From: Candidatus Omnitrophota bacterium | Lineage (GTDB): Bacteria > Omnitrophota > Gorgyraeia > Gygaellales > Profunditerraquicolaceae | Direction: 5' to 3' | DNA length: 64,000 nucleotides | Assembly: GCA_003598025.1 (NCBI GenBank) | Contig: QZKH01000002.1 | Location: forward strand, 206,206 to 270,205 | Shown: positions 39,640-48,882 of the stretch, in pieces | Position numbering within the stretch: position 1 is the stretch's first letter | How the letters are laid out: the number at the start of each line of letters is the position of its first letter | Translations under genes and position numbers: made by a program | Notes under the pieces: generated by a model | Seen by the model: only the letters and a program-made list of their open reading frames with translations | The model's database searches: none | What the model was told of the DNA's origin: nothing

Positions 39640-40503
39640 ATGCAGACGAATAAAATATTCTTAAGCTTAGTATTGTTTATTTCTGGTGTTTTCTTAAGTG
39701 CTGTTTACGCGGAGCAGGCTTTTGAAGACAGGCCTTTTTCAATTGACGCTTATAGCAGGTATATACCGGAGAGTTCCGTCGAATCAATGCCGGGTAAAAT
39801 AGAGGTCTCTGATTCTGAATTTGAAATAAGCAGGGAATTTAAACTATATGATAAGCTTCCGGTAAAACTGTCGTTCAATAATCGTTTCATCGATTTAAAG
39901 GATTCTGTCCCGGTCAGGCTGCCGCCTAAATTAGTCGGCCTTTCCTTTGACGTAGAAACGACTGTGTATTTCTTTAATCTAAAAAATACATATTTGCGTT
40001 TGGGCATAACCCCGTCGTCATTCAGGGACGACTGGGACCTTGAATCTTCCAGTTTCCGCATTCCTTCCAGGGCATTAGTAATATACCAGCCCCAGAGCCG
40101 ATTGACATTTATCGCGGGGTTAGCCTGGTATCCTGATTTTGAAATTGAATTACTTCCGGTGATCGGTTTTATCTATAAGCCGAATGATAAACTCACATTC
40201 AGGATGGTGCCGGACAGGCCCGCTGTAAATTTCCGCTTGAATGATAAGATTACTTTATTTGCGGAGGGCAGCGCTAACTTAAATGAATTCGAAGTGACAA
40301 GAGGTAATGAGGAGAATGTTATCTTACAATACAGGCAGGCGGCTTTAGCTACAGGCCTAAGGTTTATGCTTAATGAATATACCCAGTTATCTTTATCGGT
40401 GGGCCAGGCATTTAACCGTCAGCTTAAGTACCGTGACGATAGCGCAAAAGTCAATATTGACAGTAGCGTTTTCGGCGAATTAAGGCTTGAGATAAGGATA
40501 TAA
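39640..40503 (+). CDS. Hypothetical secreted protein (signal peptide; beta-rich, possibly outer-membrane)
   Basis: A signal peptide MQTNKIFLSLVLFISGVFLSAVYA is followed by alternating hydrophobic patterns and a C-terminal aromatic residue. Confidence 0.4.
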   Translation: MQTNKIFLSLVLFISGVFLSAVYAEQAFEDRPFSIDAYSRYIPESSVESMPGKIEVSDSEFEISREFKLYDKLPVKLSFNNRFIDLKDSVPVRLPPKLVGLSFDVETTVYFFNLKNTYLRLGITPSSFRDDWDLESSSFRIPSRALVIYQPQSRLTFIAGLAWYPDFEIELLPVIGFIYKPNDKLTFRMVPDRPAVNFRLNDKITLFAEGSANLNEFEVTRGNEENVILQYRQAALATGLRFMLNEYTQLSLSVGQAFNRQLKYRDDSAKVNIDSSVFGELRLEIRI

Positions 40504-40506
40504 TCA

Positions 40507-41250
40507 ATGAAAAAGAAAAACATAATCATAATATCGAGCGTGGTTGTTATCCTGGGATTATTATTATTATCGGTAAAGCTTATGCCCGGCAGTATGAAAT
40601 GGGCAAAACAAGAAAAAGATAAAAGCCTGGATTTTCCGTATTTAGGCGAAAAGATAATCTATGAGGTGAAATTCGGGAAAATCCCTTTAGGCAGCGCAGT
40701 TTTTACTTATTTACCGCCTGAAACTGCGGGAGAAGGTATGATGTTGAGCCACATGAGGTTTGAAACAAGTGTTGCGCGCCTTAAGGACACGGAAGATATT
40801 TACTGTGACCCTAAAACAATGCTGCCCATAAAGATAAAGAGAGAAATCGTAAAGTGGATAAAAAAGGAGAATATCGTTGAGGAATATGACCAGAAGAATT
40901 TTTCGTTAAAGATAACAAAAAACGGTAATTCTGAGGAGAGCGTTTTTATTAAAAAAGATTCACCTATCCACAATGCTGTTTTGCTTCCGTTCTATGTCCG
41001 CGGGATCGCGGACCTGAAAAAGGGCTGGCAGCTTAAGGTCGCCCTTCCTCAAAAAAATTTTATTGTGACGCTTGATTCGGTAGAAAAGGTCAAGGTGCCT
41101 GCCGGGGAATTTCTTGCTTACCATTTTGTAAGCGAGCCGGCAGCAGTCGAAATATGGATAACCGTCGAGAAACGCATACCGGTTAAAATCGAAGGGCTGG
41201 GTGCGTTTGGGTATTCTCTTCAGATGAAGGAACTGCTTAAGGATGGCTAA
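40507..41250 (+). CDS. Hypothetical secreted/lipid-anchored protein
   Basis: There is an N-terminal signal/anchor. No recognised domain. Confidence 0.4.
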   Translation: MKKKNIIIISSVVVILGLLLLSVKLMPGSMKWAKQEKDKSLDFPYLGEKIIYEVKFGKIPLGSAVFTYLPPETAGEGMMLSHMRFETSVARLKDTEDIYCDPKTMLPIKIKREIVKWIKKENIVEEYDQKNFSLKITKNGNSEESVFIKKDSPIHNAVLLPFYVRGIADLKKGWQLKVALPQKNFIVTLDSVEKVKVPAGEFLAYHFVSEPAAVEIWITVEKRIPVKIEGLGAFGYSLQMKELLKDG

Positions 41251-42286
41251 GGCAAAAATAATCTGTACTATCGGCCCTGCAAGCGACAATTATAGCGTCT
41301 TAAGAAAAATGATGCTTGCGGGAATGGATGTTGCCAGGCTTAATTTCTCCCACGGTAACCACCTTTCTCACCAGAAAAGAATAGCGCTTATAAGAAAGCT
41401 TAATGCCAAATACAGAAGGCATATACGGATACTGCAGGACTTAGAAGGCTACCGTATAAGGATCGGAAAACTTAAGCACGGACCGGTAGTTTTAAAGAAA
41501 AAACAGGTATTATACCTGGCAAAAGAAAACTCTTTGCCTGATAAGCCGCACATCCCTTTCGACTACCCTGATAAACTTTCTTTTATAAGGAAAGGAGCAT
41601 TAATATTCATAGACGACGGGAATATCTGCCTGCAGGTAAAAAGAAGCGCGGATTATTATTTACAGGCCGAGGTTGTAATTGGCGGTTTGCTTAAGGAATC
41701 AAAGGGGGTAAATATCCCCGGAGTTAACTTGCGTTTCCGCGGCATAACGGATAAGGACCGCAGGGATGTTGAGTTCGGGATATGCAATAAAGTGGATTTC
41801 ATAGCCCAGTCTTTTGTAAGGGATGCGCTTGATGTGCAGAAAATCAGAGACATGATTCTAGACAGGCTTCCTTCATGCAAGATAATCGCTAAGATAGAAA
41901 ACAGGGCAGGGCTAAAAAATATAGACAGTATAATTGAAGCGAGCGACGGGATAATGATAGCAAGAGGGGATATGGGTGTATCTATACCCTTAGAAGAGGT
42001 TCCGGTCATGCAGAAATACATTATAAAAAGGTGCAGAAGAGCAGGCAAATTTGTCATAACCGCCACACAGATGCTTGAAAGCATGGTTGAAAATATCAGG
42101 CCTACGCGGGCGGAGGCTTCCGACGTGGCGAATGCGGTGTTCGACGGCTCTGGCTACCTTATGCTTTCTGCTGAAAGCGCTGCGGGCAAATACCCCGTGC
42201 AGGCGACAAGATTCATGAACCAGGTAATAGGATTTACTGAACGCTACATTGATTCCGGTTATAAACTGGGTGAAAATTTAAAATAA
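41243..42286 (+). CDS. pyk: Pyruvate kinase (short form lacking C-terminal regulatory domain)
   Basis: The motifs MAKAKIICTIGPAS and NFSHG are present, and the barrel domain is recognisable. At 347 aa it is truncated relative to typical PK. Confidence 0.75.
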   Translation: MAKAKIICTIGPASDNYSVLRKMMLAGMDVARLNFSHGNHLSHQKRIALIRKLNAKYRRHIRILQDLEGYRIRIGKLKHGPVVLKKKQVLYLAKENSLPDKPHIPFDYPDKLSFIRKGALIFIDDGNICLQVKRSADYYLQAEVVIGGLLKESKGVNIPGVNLRFRGITDKDRRDVEFGICNKVDFIAQSFVRDALDVQKIRDMILDRLPSCKIIAKIENRAGLKNIDSIIEASDGIMIARGDMGVSIPLEEVPVMQKYIIKRCRRAGKFVITATQMLESMVENIRPTRAEASDVANAVFDGSGYLMLSAESAAGKYPVQATRFMNQVIGFTERYIDSGYKLGENLK

Positions 42287-42306
42287 ATATGATAAAATAA
42301 TTATCT

Positions 42307-43026
42307 ATGGAAATAAGGATAAGCGTAAAACGCAACATAATAATCATGGAGTTGATCGGTAAGCTTGATGCCGATTCGGCCAACCTCATAGAGGCTATCG
42401 GCCAGTGCCTTCATGACGGCTATGGTGAGTTTTTATTGAATCTTGAGGCAATAGAGTTTATTGATTATCTCGGCATGTCAGCCCTTGTCCTTGCTTATAA
42501 AGAGATAATTAACAGTAAGGCCAGGATAAAAGTGGCAAATATCCCTGCGCACCTCAAGAATTTTTTCGTTGTCACCGGCATGGACAAAGTGGTTGATACA
42601 TATGCAAGCGTTGACCTGGCATTAGAGAGTTTTAAAGAAGACCAGGCCATAGAGAATATAAAAAAGATGCAGTTACGGCGCAGGTTTAAGAGGCTGGCTA
42701 TCGATATAAAAATCGACATGAAGCCTAAAATGAGCGCTAGCCCTGCCTGTTACCAGGCCGATATCCTTAATTTAAGCGCTATAGGTGCATATGTTTATGG
42801 TTGTGACCAATTCCAGCTTGGCGATGAGCTTACCTTGACGCTGAAGCTCGGCGTTGACCCCAAAGAGATGCACTTAAAGGCTAAAGTTGTCTGGATGTCG
42901 GATAAACAGGTGCAGAATCAGCTGCATCCCGGTATGGGGATAGAATTCCTTGACATTTCCAAGCAAGATCAGGATAAACTCCTGGCATTCATTGATAAGA
43001 ATTTATCGTTAACACCGAGTGAATAA
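42307..43026 (+). CDS. STAS (anti-sigma-factor antagonist) domain + PilZ domain protein
   Basis: An N-terminal STAS fold is followed by the PilZ motifs RRRFKRL and D.S.GG. Confidence 0.55.
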   Translation: MEIRISVKRNIIIMELIGKLDADSANLIEAIGQCLHDGYGEFLLNLEAIEFIDYLGMSALVLAYKEIINSKARIKVANIPAHLKNFFVVTGMDKVVDTYASVDLALESFKEDQAIENIKKMQLRRRFKRLAIDIKIDMKPKMSASPACYQADILNLSAIGAYVYGCDQFQLGDELTLTLKLGVDPKEMHLKAKVVWMSDKQVQNQLHPGMGIEFLDISKQDQDKLLAFIDKNLSLTPSE

Positions 43027-43067
43027 TAAAACAGACAGGCAAACCCGGGTTTCGGATAGGCATAAGA

Positions 43068-43454
43068 ATGTCAATTGCATATAAGGTAGAGATAAGCTCG
43101 GAAAAAGATTATTTCAGGGCAAAGTCAAAAGATTATGAATTTGAGATAGGCACAAAGGGCAGAGGGATGAGCCCGCCGGATGTGCTTTTGGCAAGCGTTG
43201 CCAGCTGTGTAGGCGTATATATAAGGAAATATTTTGAGAGCGCAAAAGCCGGAGAGTGCAATTTTCTGGTCAGGGCCGAAGCAGATTTTGCCAAAGAGCC
43301 GCCTTTCCGTTTTGATGAAATAAAAATAGACATTGAGCTTAAAGGCCTTAAACTTGATGACAGGAGAAAATCAGCCCTCCTTGAGTTTGTAAAGAATTGC
43401 CCCGTGCATAATACATTGAAATGTAACCCTAAAGTCAATATCAATATTAACTAA
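43068..43454 (+). CDS. OsmC/Ohr family peroxiredoxin-like protein
   Basis: Size and motifs (LLASVASC, CPVHNTL) fit the family. Confidence 0.75.
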   Translation: MSIAYKVEISSEKDYFRAKSKDYEFEIGTKGRGMSPPDVLLASVASCVGVYIRKYFESAKAGECNFLVRAEADFAKEPPFRFDEIKIDIELKGLKLDDRRKSALLEFVKNCPVHNTLKCNPKVNININ

Positions 43455-43467
43455 GAAAAGCCAAGGC

Positions 43468-46077
43468 ATGAACTATAAATTTATAGACGATAAAGGTACT
43501 TTTGTAACTGATTCAGCGCAAAGCTTAAATACATATTTTCCGCTGGTTGATGCTAAAGGAAGCATTTTAAGCGCGATCTCGGCAAACTTATCCGGTGATA
43601 TTAAAACAGATAACGAGCATTTCTTAACGCCTCCTGCCAGTATAGAAGACTTAAGAAGCAATTACCTTTCCAGGCGGGAGTTTTTTATCAGGCTCAATAA
43701 GCGCGTAATCAGGCTTTCGGATTTAAAGGCTAAACTTACCGCAGGTTTTCTTTATCATAAACTTTCAAAAGATATATCCGGGCTGAATATTGAAGTGACC
43801 AATTTTGTGCCTCATGATACCGGAGTTGAGGTGATGTGGGTAAAGATCAGGAATAATTCCGCAAAGCCCGTTACGATTGAGGCTACGTCATTCCAGCCGA
43901 TATATGCCAGGTCGGAGAAGAATATGCGCGACCATCGGCACGTAAGCTCGCTTTTAAACCGCATCCAGCTGCATAAATACGGAACCATGGTTAAGCCGAC
44001 GATGGTTTTTGACGAGAGCGGGCACAAAATAAATAAGAGCATATATTTTGTTTTAGGTTTTCAGGATGACGCTATTTTACCGCTCGGGCAATTCCCGACA
44101 TTGGATTATTTCTACGGCAACTCCGATATTAACCGGCCGGATGCTGTTTACGGGCTGGTTAAACCTGCGCTTAAATATGAGCCTGCATTTGACGGCAAAG
44201 AAGCCTGCGGGGCTTTCAGGTTCAGGAGGAAAACTTTGGGCAGGCATGGTGAAGTAAATTATTTCATAATTATGGGCATAAGTTCTGATAAACAGAAGAT
44301 TATGAATATTTTTAAGAGGCTTTCCAGCCGCAAAAAGGTAAATTTAAGCCTTGAGGCGGCAAAAAAATATTGGCTTGGTCTTTTAGGCGCAACGGAGATT
44401 GATTTTAATGGCAGGGATTACAATAACTGGCTGCTGTGGGTGAAATTACAGCCGACTCTGCGCAGGTTGTTTGGCTGCTCATTCCTCCCGCATTTTGATT
44501 ACGGCAAGGGCGGGCGCGGCTGGAGGGATTTATGGCAGGATGCTTTGGCTTTGCTGTTGACAGAGCCTGCCGCAGCCAAAGAAGTGATGCTTAAAAGCTT
44601 TGCCGGCATCAGGGCCGACGGCTCAAATGCCACAATCATAACCAAAAAAGGTGACTTTATATCGGACAGAAACCGCATAAACAGGGTCTGGATGGACCAT
44701 GGCGTCTGGCCCTATCTTACCTGCAGGCTTTACATCAATAAAACGAACGACCTTAATATGCTCCTTAAAGAAGTCGCTTATTTTAAGGACCATCAGATAA
44801 AGAGGGCAAGGGAAATTGATAAAGGGTTTACTCAAAAGGACAATATCCTGCGCGATGTAAAAGGCCGGGTTTATTATGGCTCAGTGCTTGAGCATATTTT
44901 ATTGCAGACCTTGGTGCAATTCTTTAATGTAGGCAGGCACAACATTATCCGGCTTGAGAATGCCGACTGGAATGACGGCCTGGATATGGCGCCGAACAAC
45001 GGAGAGAGCGTTACTTTCAGTTTTATGTATGCGCATAACCTTAAAGATATCTGTGTTTTCTTGAACAAGTTAAATAAAAAGAGCAGGAGCATCAGGGTGT
45101 TTAAGGAATTGAAGATCCTTTTAGACAGGATAGCCGGGCCTATAGATTACAATGATTACAGGCTTAAGCAGAGGCTCCTTAATAAGTATCTGGATGCCTC
45201 TGCCAATATCAGCGGCCAGAAGACAGATATCCTTATTGACGACTTAATCAATGATTTAGAATATAAGGCCGGGCACCTTGGTAATTGGCTGCGTAAAAAT
45301 GAATGGCTTAAAGAAGGTTTCTTTAACGGTTATTACGACGAGGATTCAAAAAGGGTTGAGGGAGGCCGGGGTTCTAACGTAAGGATGATGCTGGCGCCCC
45401 AGGTCTTTGCAATTATGAGCGGGGTTGCAGATGAAGCACAAATAAAAAAGATTTGGGTATCATTAAATAAATATTTACGCAGCAAAGATTGCCGCGGTTT
45501 CAGGTTAAACACTGATTTCGGTAAGGTGTATACCAAGTTAGGCAGGGCTTTCGGTTTTTCTTACGGAGATAAGGAAAACGGCGCATATTTCAGCCACATG
45601 GCAATTATGCTTGCCAATGCTTTTTATAAGAGAGGCTATGTAAAGGAAGGTTTTGAGGTAATGGATTCTTTATACAGGATGGCCTCTAACGACAAGGCAA
45701 AAATATACCCTGTGCTTCCTGAATATTTCAATTCAGAAGGCCGCGGCCTGTATCTTTATCTGACCGGCTCAGCCAGCTGGTACATTTATACTATAATCGA
45801 GCAGGTCCTAGGGGTAAATTTCAGCTTTGGCGATATCGTTCTTAGGCCGATGCTGCTTGCGCAGAATTTTATTAAAGGTAAAAAAATCAAACTCGGGTTA
45901 TCATTATATAATAAAAAAGTCAATATTGAATATACCGCAATTAGCCGTAAAGCTGCCCTTAAAATAAGAAAAGTCATTGTAAACGGGGAAAAATTAACCA
46001 GCCGCGGTGCCTCGTTTATTATAAGCAGGGATAAACTCGTAAAAGATAACAATCTGATAAAAGTATATTTATCCTGA
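43468..46077 (+). CDS. Large (alpha/alpha)6-barrel glycoside hydrolase/phosphorylase, GH94-like (tentative)
   Basis: At 869 aa, it carries the motif ENADWNDGLD, which resembles the catalytic-acid region of cellobiose/chitobiose phosphorylases. The family call is uncertain. Confidence 0.4.
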   Translation: MNYKFIDDKGTFVTDSAQSLNTYFPLVDAKGSILSAISANLSGDIKTDNEHFLTPPASIEDLRSNYLSRREFFIRLNKRVIRLSDLKAKLTAGFLYHKLSKDISGLNIEVTNFVPHDTGVEVMWVKIRNNSAKPVTIEATSFQPIYARSEKNMRDHRHVSSLLNRIQLHKYGTMVKPTMVFDESGHKINKSIYFVLGFQDDAILPLGQFPTLDYFYGNSDINRPDAVYGLVKPALKYEPAFDGKEACGAFRFRRKTLGRHGEVNYFIIMGISSDKQKIMNIFKRLSSRKKVNLSLEAAKKYWLGLLGATEIDFNGRDYNNWLLWVKLQPTLRRLFGCSFLPHFDYGKGGRGWRDLWQDALALLLTEPAAAKEVMLKSFAGIRADGSNATIITKKGDFISDRNRINRVWMDHGVWPYLTCRLYINKTNDLNMLLKEVAYFKDHQIKRAREIDKGFTQKDNILRDVKGRVYYGSVLEHILLQTLVQFFNVGRHNIIRLENADWNDGLDMAPNNGESVTFSFMYAHNLKDICVFLNKLNKKSRSIRVFKELKILLDRIAGPIDYNDYRLKQRLLNKYLDASANISGQKTDILIDDLINDLEYKAGHLGNWLRKNEWLKEGFFNGYYDEDSKRVEGGRGSNVRMMLAPQVFAIMSGVADEAQIKKIWVSLNKYLRSKDCRGFRLNTDFGKVYTKLGRAFGFSYGDKENGAYFSHMAIMLANAFYKRGYVKEGFEVMDSLYRMASNDKAKIYPVLPEYFNSEGRGLYLYLTGSASWYIYTIIEQVLGVNFSFGDIVLRPMLLAQNFIKGKKIKLGLSLYNKKVNIEYTAISRKAALKIRKVIVNGEKLTSRGASFIISRDKLVKDNNLIKVYLS

Positions 46078-46080
46078 TTA

Positions 46081-46761
46081 ATGTCAAAGCCATTCTTGCG
46101 CAAGATGCGTAAATATCCAAGAGTGACGGTTGTATTAAAGGCCCTTAAGCTTATAGAAAATCAGGCGGCAAGTTTTGTTCTCCCTTCAGTTACGGTGATC
46201 TCTGATAGGAAAAAGGACCCTTATCTTGTGCTTATCTCCTGTATTCTTAGCTTGCGCACTAAAGATAAAACGACTATGGAGGCAAGCAGCAGGCTTTTTG
46301 AAGCGGCAGATAATCCTGTTGCTATGTTGAAACTTAACCCCAGGCGTATTGAAAAATTGATTTATCCGGTTGGTTTCTACAGGAATAAGGCTGCCGTCAT
46401 TCTTGATATAAGCAGGCGGATAATTACAGAGTTCTGCGGTAAGGTGCCCGGCACTTTAGAGGAGCTTTTAAGTTTTAAAGGTGTGGGGAGGAAAACAGCT
46501 AACCTTGTCTTGGGCCTGGGGTTCGGGGTACCCGCAATATGCGTGGATACCCATGTAAACCGTATACCCAACAGGATAGGCTGGATAAAGACTGAGTCCC
46601 CTGAAGAAACAGAAGAAGAGCTTAAAAAGATAATCCCTAAGAGCCGTTGGATACAGCTTAATACACTGCTGGTTGCTTTTGGCCAGAATATATGCAAGCC
46701 GGTAAAGCCGCTTTGCGGCTTATGTCATATTGAGAAAATGTGCGAAAAGAGGATAAAATGA
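46081..46761 (+). CDS. nth: Endonuclease III
   Basis: The HhH-GPD motif LLSFKGVGRKTANLVL is present, with a C-terminal 4Fe-4S Cys cluster (C..C..C). Confidence 0.9.
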   Translation: MSKPFLRKMRKYPRVTVVLKALKLIENQAASFVLPSVTVISDRKKDPYLVLISCILSLRTKDKTTMEASSRLFEAADNPVAMLKLNPRRIEKLIYPVGFYRNKAAVILDISRRIITEFCGKVPGTLEELLSFKGVGRKTANLVLGLGFGVPAICVDTHVNRIPNRIGWIKTESPEETEEELKKIIPKSRWIQLNTLLVAFGQNICKPVKPLCGLCHIEKMCEKRIK

Positions 46762-47138
46762 AAGAAAAAATACACTATCATCATACTGATTGCGGCGGAG
46801 TGGTCTATTATGCGAATTACCTGGATTTCTTTGAAGAGGCACGCACTGAATTCTTCGCAGATAAGGGTTTTTCTGTAGGCGAAATGGCAAAACAGGGGAT
46901 ACTTTTTGTCGTCGCCCGTCAGGAGATAGACTATAAGGCGCCTGCATTCTATGGCGATACCCTTGAAGTAACAGCAACCATGCTTAGCGCCTCAGGGGTG
47001 AAGTTTGAATTCGGCCAGGAAGTAAAGAATCAAGACAATAAGCTTATCTGCCTTGGCAGGACAATCTTAGTCTGTGTAGATAAGAATTTCCGGCCCCAGG
47101 CAATACCCGACAACATCCGCACAGCCCTCTTAAAATAA
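46740..47138 (+). CDS. Acyl-CoA thioesterase, 4HBT/YbgC family
   Basis: A hot-dog fold N-terminus (HYHHTDCGGVVYYANYLDFFEEART) is present. Confidence 0.75.
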   Translation: MRKEDKMKEKIHYHHTDCGGVVYYANYLDFFEEARTEFFADKGFSVGEMAKQGILFVVARQEIDYKAPAFYGDTLEVTATMLSASGVKFEFGQEVKNQDNKLICLGRTILVCVDKNFRPQAIPDNIRTALLK

Positions 47139-47180
47139 GGGCCGTTTCTCCAGCTCCTCATAGAACTGCCCCCGCTGGTT

Positions 47181-47270
47181 TTAGTTGACAGTTCACAGAG
47201 CACAGATTAGTTCACAGTTCACTGTTCACGGATCACAGAACATGGCTGTGAACTAATCTATGAACTAAAA
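47181..47270. repeat. Palindromic heptamer-repeat element (GTTCACR units)
   Basis: Forward units gttcacagagcacagattagttcacagttcactgttcacgg are followed by reverse units ctgtgaactaatctatgaactaa. Confidence 0.7.
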
Positions 47271-47362
47271 GCTCTATTTTCGGCTGTTTACCCTCTTAAA
47301 ATCATTTGCTTGGCCCCAGCCTTTATGCTATCATATTTAAATCAATTTTAGCCAAATGAGCC

Positions 47363-47782
47363 ATGAAAATAGTTAATGAAACGCTGAGTTTCAAAACCCG
47401 GGGAAACCCCGATTTAATTAACATAACTGCTGATGTTGCAAAGTGTTTAGGCTCAAAGAAATTCATAAATGGCAGCATTATTTTGTTTGTCATCGGCTCA
47501 ACAGCAGCTCTGACTACATTTGAGTATGAACCGGGCATGATAAAAGATATACAGGAGATATTTGAGAAATTGGTCCCCAGCGCTAAAGGCTATCATCACG
47601 ACCAAACCTGGGGTGATGCCAATGGCTTCAGCCATATAAGGTCTGCTTTGGTAGGCCCATCCCTGACCATACCTTTTAAAGACGCTGAGTTATTGCTTGG
47701 CACCTGGCAGCAGATAGTCCTTCTTGAGTTTGACAACCGGCCGCGCCAGAGAAAAATCGCCGTCCAAATAATCGGAGAATAA
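47363..47782 (+). CDS. YjbQ/UPF0047 family protein (secondary thiamine-phosphate synthase-like)
   Basis: Family hallmarks are present (INITADV, GSIILFVIGSTAAL.T.EYEPG). Confidence 0.75.
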   Translation: MKIVNETLSFKTRGNPDLINITADVAKCLGSKKFINGSIILFVIGSTAALTTFEYEPGMIKDIQEIFEKLVPSAKGYHHDQTWGDANGFSHIRSALVGPSLTIPFKDAELLLGTWQQIVLLEFDNRPRQRKIAVQIIGE

Positions 47783-47784
47783 GA

Positions 47785-48882
47785 TTGAAGAAATCCATAT
47801 TGCATGACCCTAAATTTTTCTTATATTCCCTGGCTACTGACAAGAAAAATGGTTTCATTGCCGGTGTAATTAAATTATTCCTGCTGATTTTATCTTTATT
47901 ATATGGTATAGCCGTTAATTTACTTATACTTTCATCAAGCTCAAGGAAGGCTGTCCTAAAATGCAAGGTCATAAGTATAGGCAATATCACTTTAGGCGGA
48001 ACAGGCAAGACTATGCTTGTGGAATATGTCTCAAGCTTCCTTAAGGAAAGCGGCATAAAATTTGCGATTATCAGCAGGGGTTATAAGAGAACCCTCTCTG
48101 CGGTTGCCAAAAACCAATTCTCAATCGCTCAAATGGGCGATGAGCCATATATGCTCTGGAAAAAACTCAAAGATGTCCCGGTCATCGTAGACAGCGACAG
48201 GATAAATGCCGCTGATAAAGCAATAAATGAATATAAGGTTAATGGCGTACTTCTTGATGATGCATTCCAGCAGTGGGCCATTAAAAAAGACCTGGAGGTC
48301 TGCGTAATCGATTCCTTGAATCCTTTTGGGAACGGGCATCTTATCCCGAGGGGGATTTTACGCGAGCCGCTCTCTTCATTAAAACGGGCGGATGTCTTTG
48401 TCTTAAGCAAGACAAATTTCTGCGAAAACCTTCCTGCGCTTGAACAGAGATTAAGCAGGATTAATTCTAAGGCGCTCATCGTAAAAAGCACCCATGAGTA
48501 CTGCGGGTTTTATAAAATCAACCAGCATCAGCTTGATTTTGAAATGGAATTTTTAAGGGATAAGAAAGTGGCCCTCATCTCCGGCATAGGAGACCCGCAT
48601 TCTTTTGAAAAAACAGTCAATTCTCTCGGCATAGATTATGAACTTTCTTTCAGGTTCATGGATCACCATAATTACACAAGCGACGAATTAAGGCATATCG
48701 TGAATAAGAGCGAAGAAAAAGGCATAACTTATATTATTACCACCGAGAAGGACGCAGTAAGGATCAGCGACCTCAACGAACCGGTTCTTACAGAGAATTT
48801 TCTGGTCTTAAAAGTAAAATTAAAGATAACCGATAATGAAGAAAAATTCCATAGTAGATTACTCAGGGTATTTTCTGCTTAA
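47785..48882 (+). CDS. lpxK: Tetraacyldisaccharide 4'-kinase
   Basis: An N-terminal TM helix is followed by the P-loop GNITLGGTGKT. Confidence 0.85.
   Translation: MKKSILHDPKFFLYSLATDKKNGFIAGVIKLFLLILSLLYGIAVNLLILSSSSRKAVLKCKVISIGNITLGGTGKTMLVEYVSSFLKESGIKFAIISRGYKRTLSAVAKNQFSIAQMGDEPYMLWKKLKDVPVIVDSDRINAADKAINEYKVNGVLLDDAFQQWAIKKDLEVCVIDSLNPFGNGHLIPRGILREPLSSLKRADVFVLSKTNFCENLPALEQRLSRINSKALIVKSTHEYCGFYKINQHQLDFEMEFLRDKKVALISGIGDPHSFEKTVNSLGIDYELSFRFMDHHNYTSDELRHIVNKSEEKGITYIITTEKDAVRISDLNEPVLTENFLVLKVKLKITDNEEKFHSRLLRVFSA

Noticed and set aside
47139-47180. Possible intrinsic terminator after the thioesterase gene (ccagc ... gctgg + TTTTA)
   Set aside because: The stem is only 5 bp with a 19-nt loop, which is too weak to call. 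The adjacent palindromic heptamer element is the more likely structural feature.
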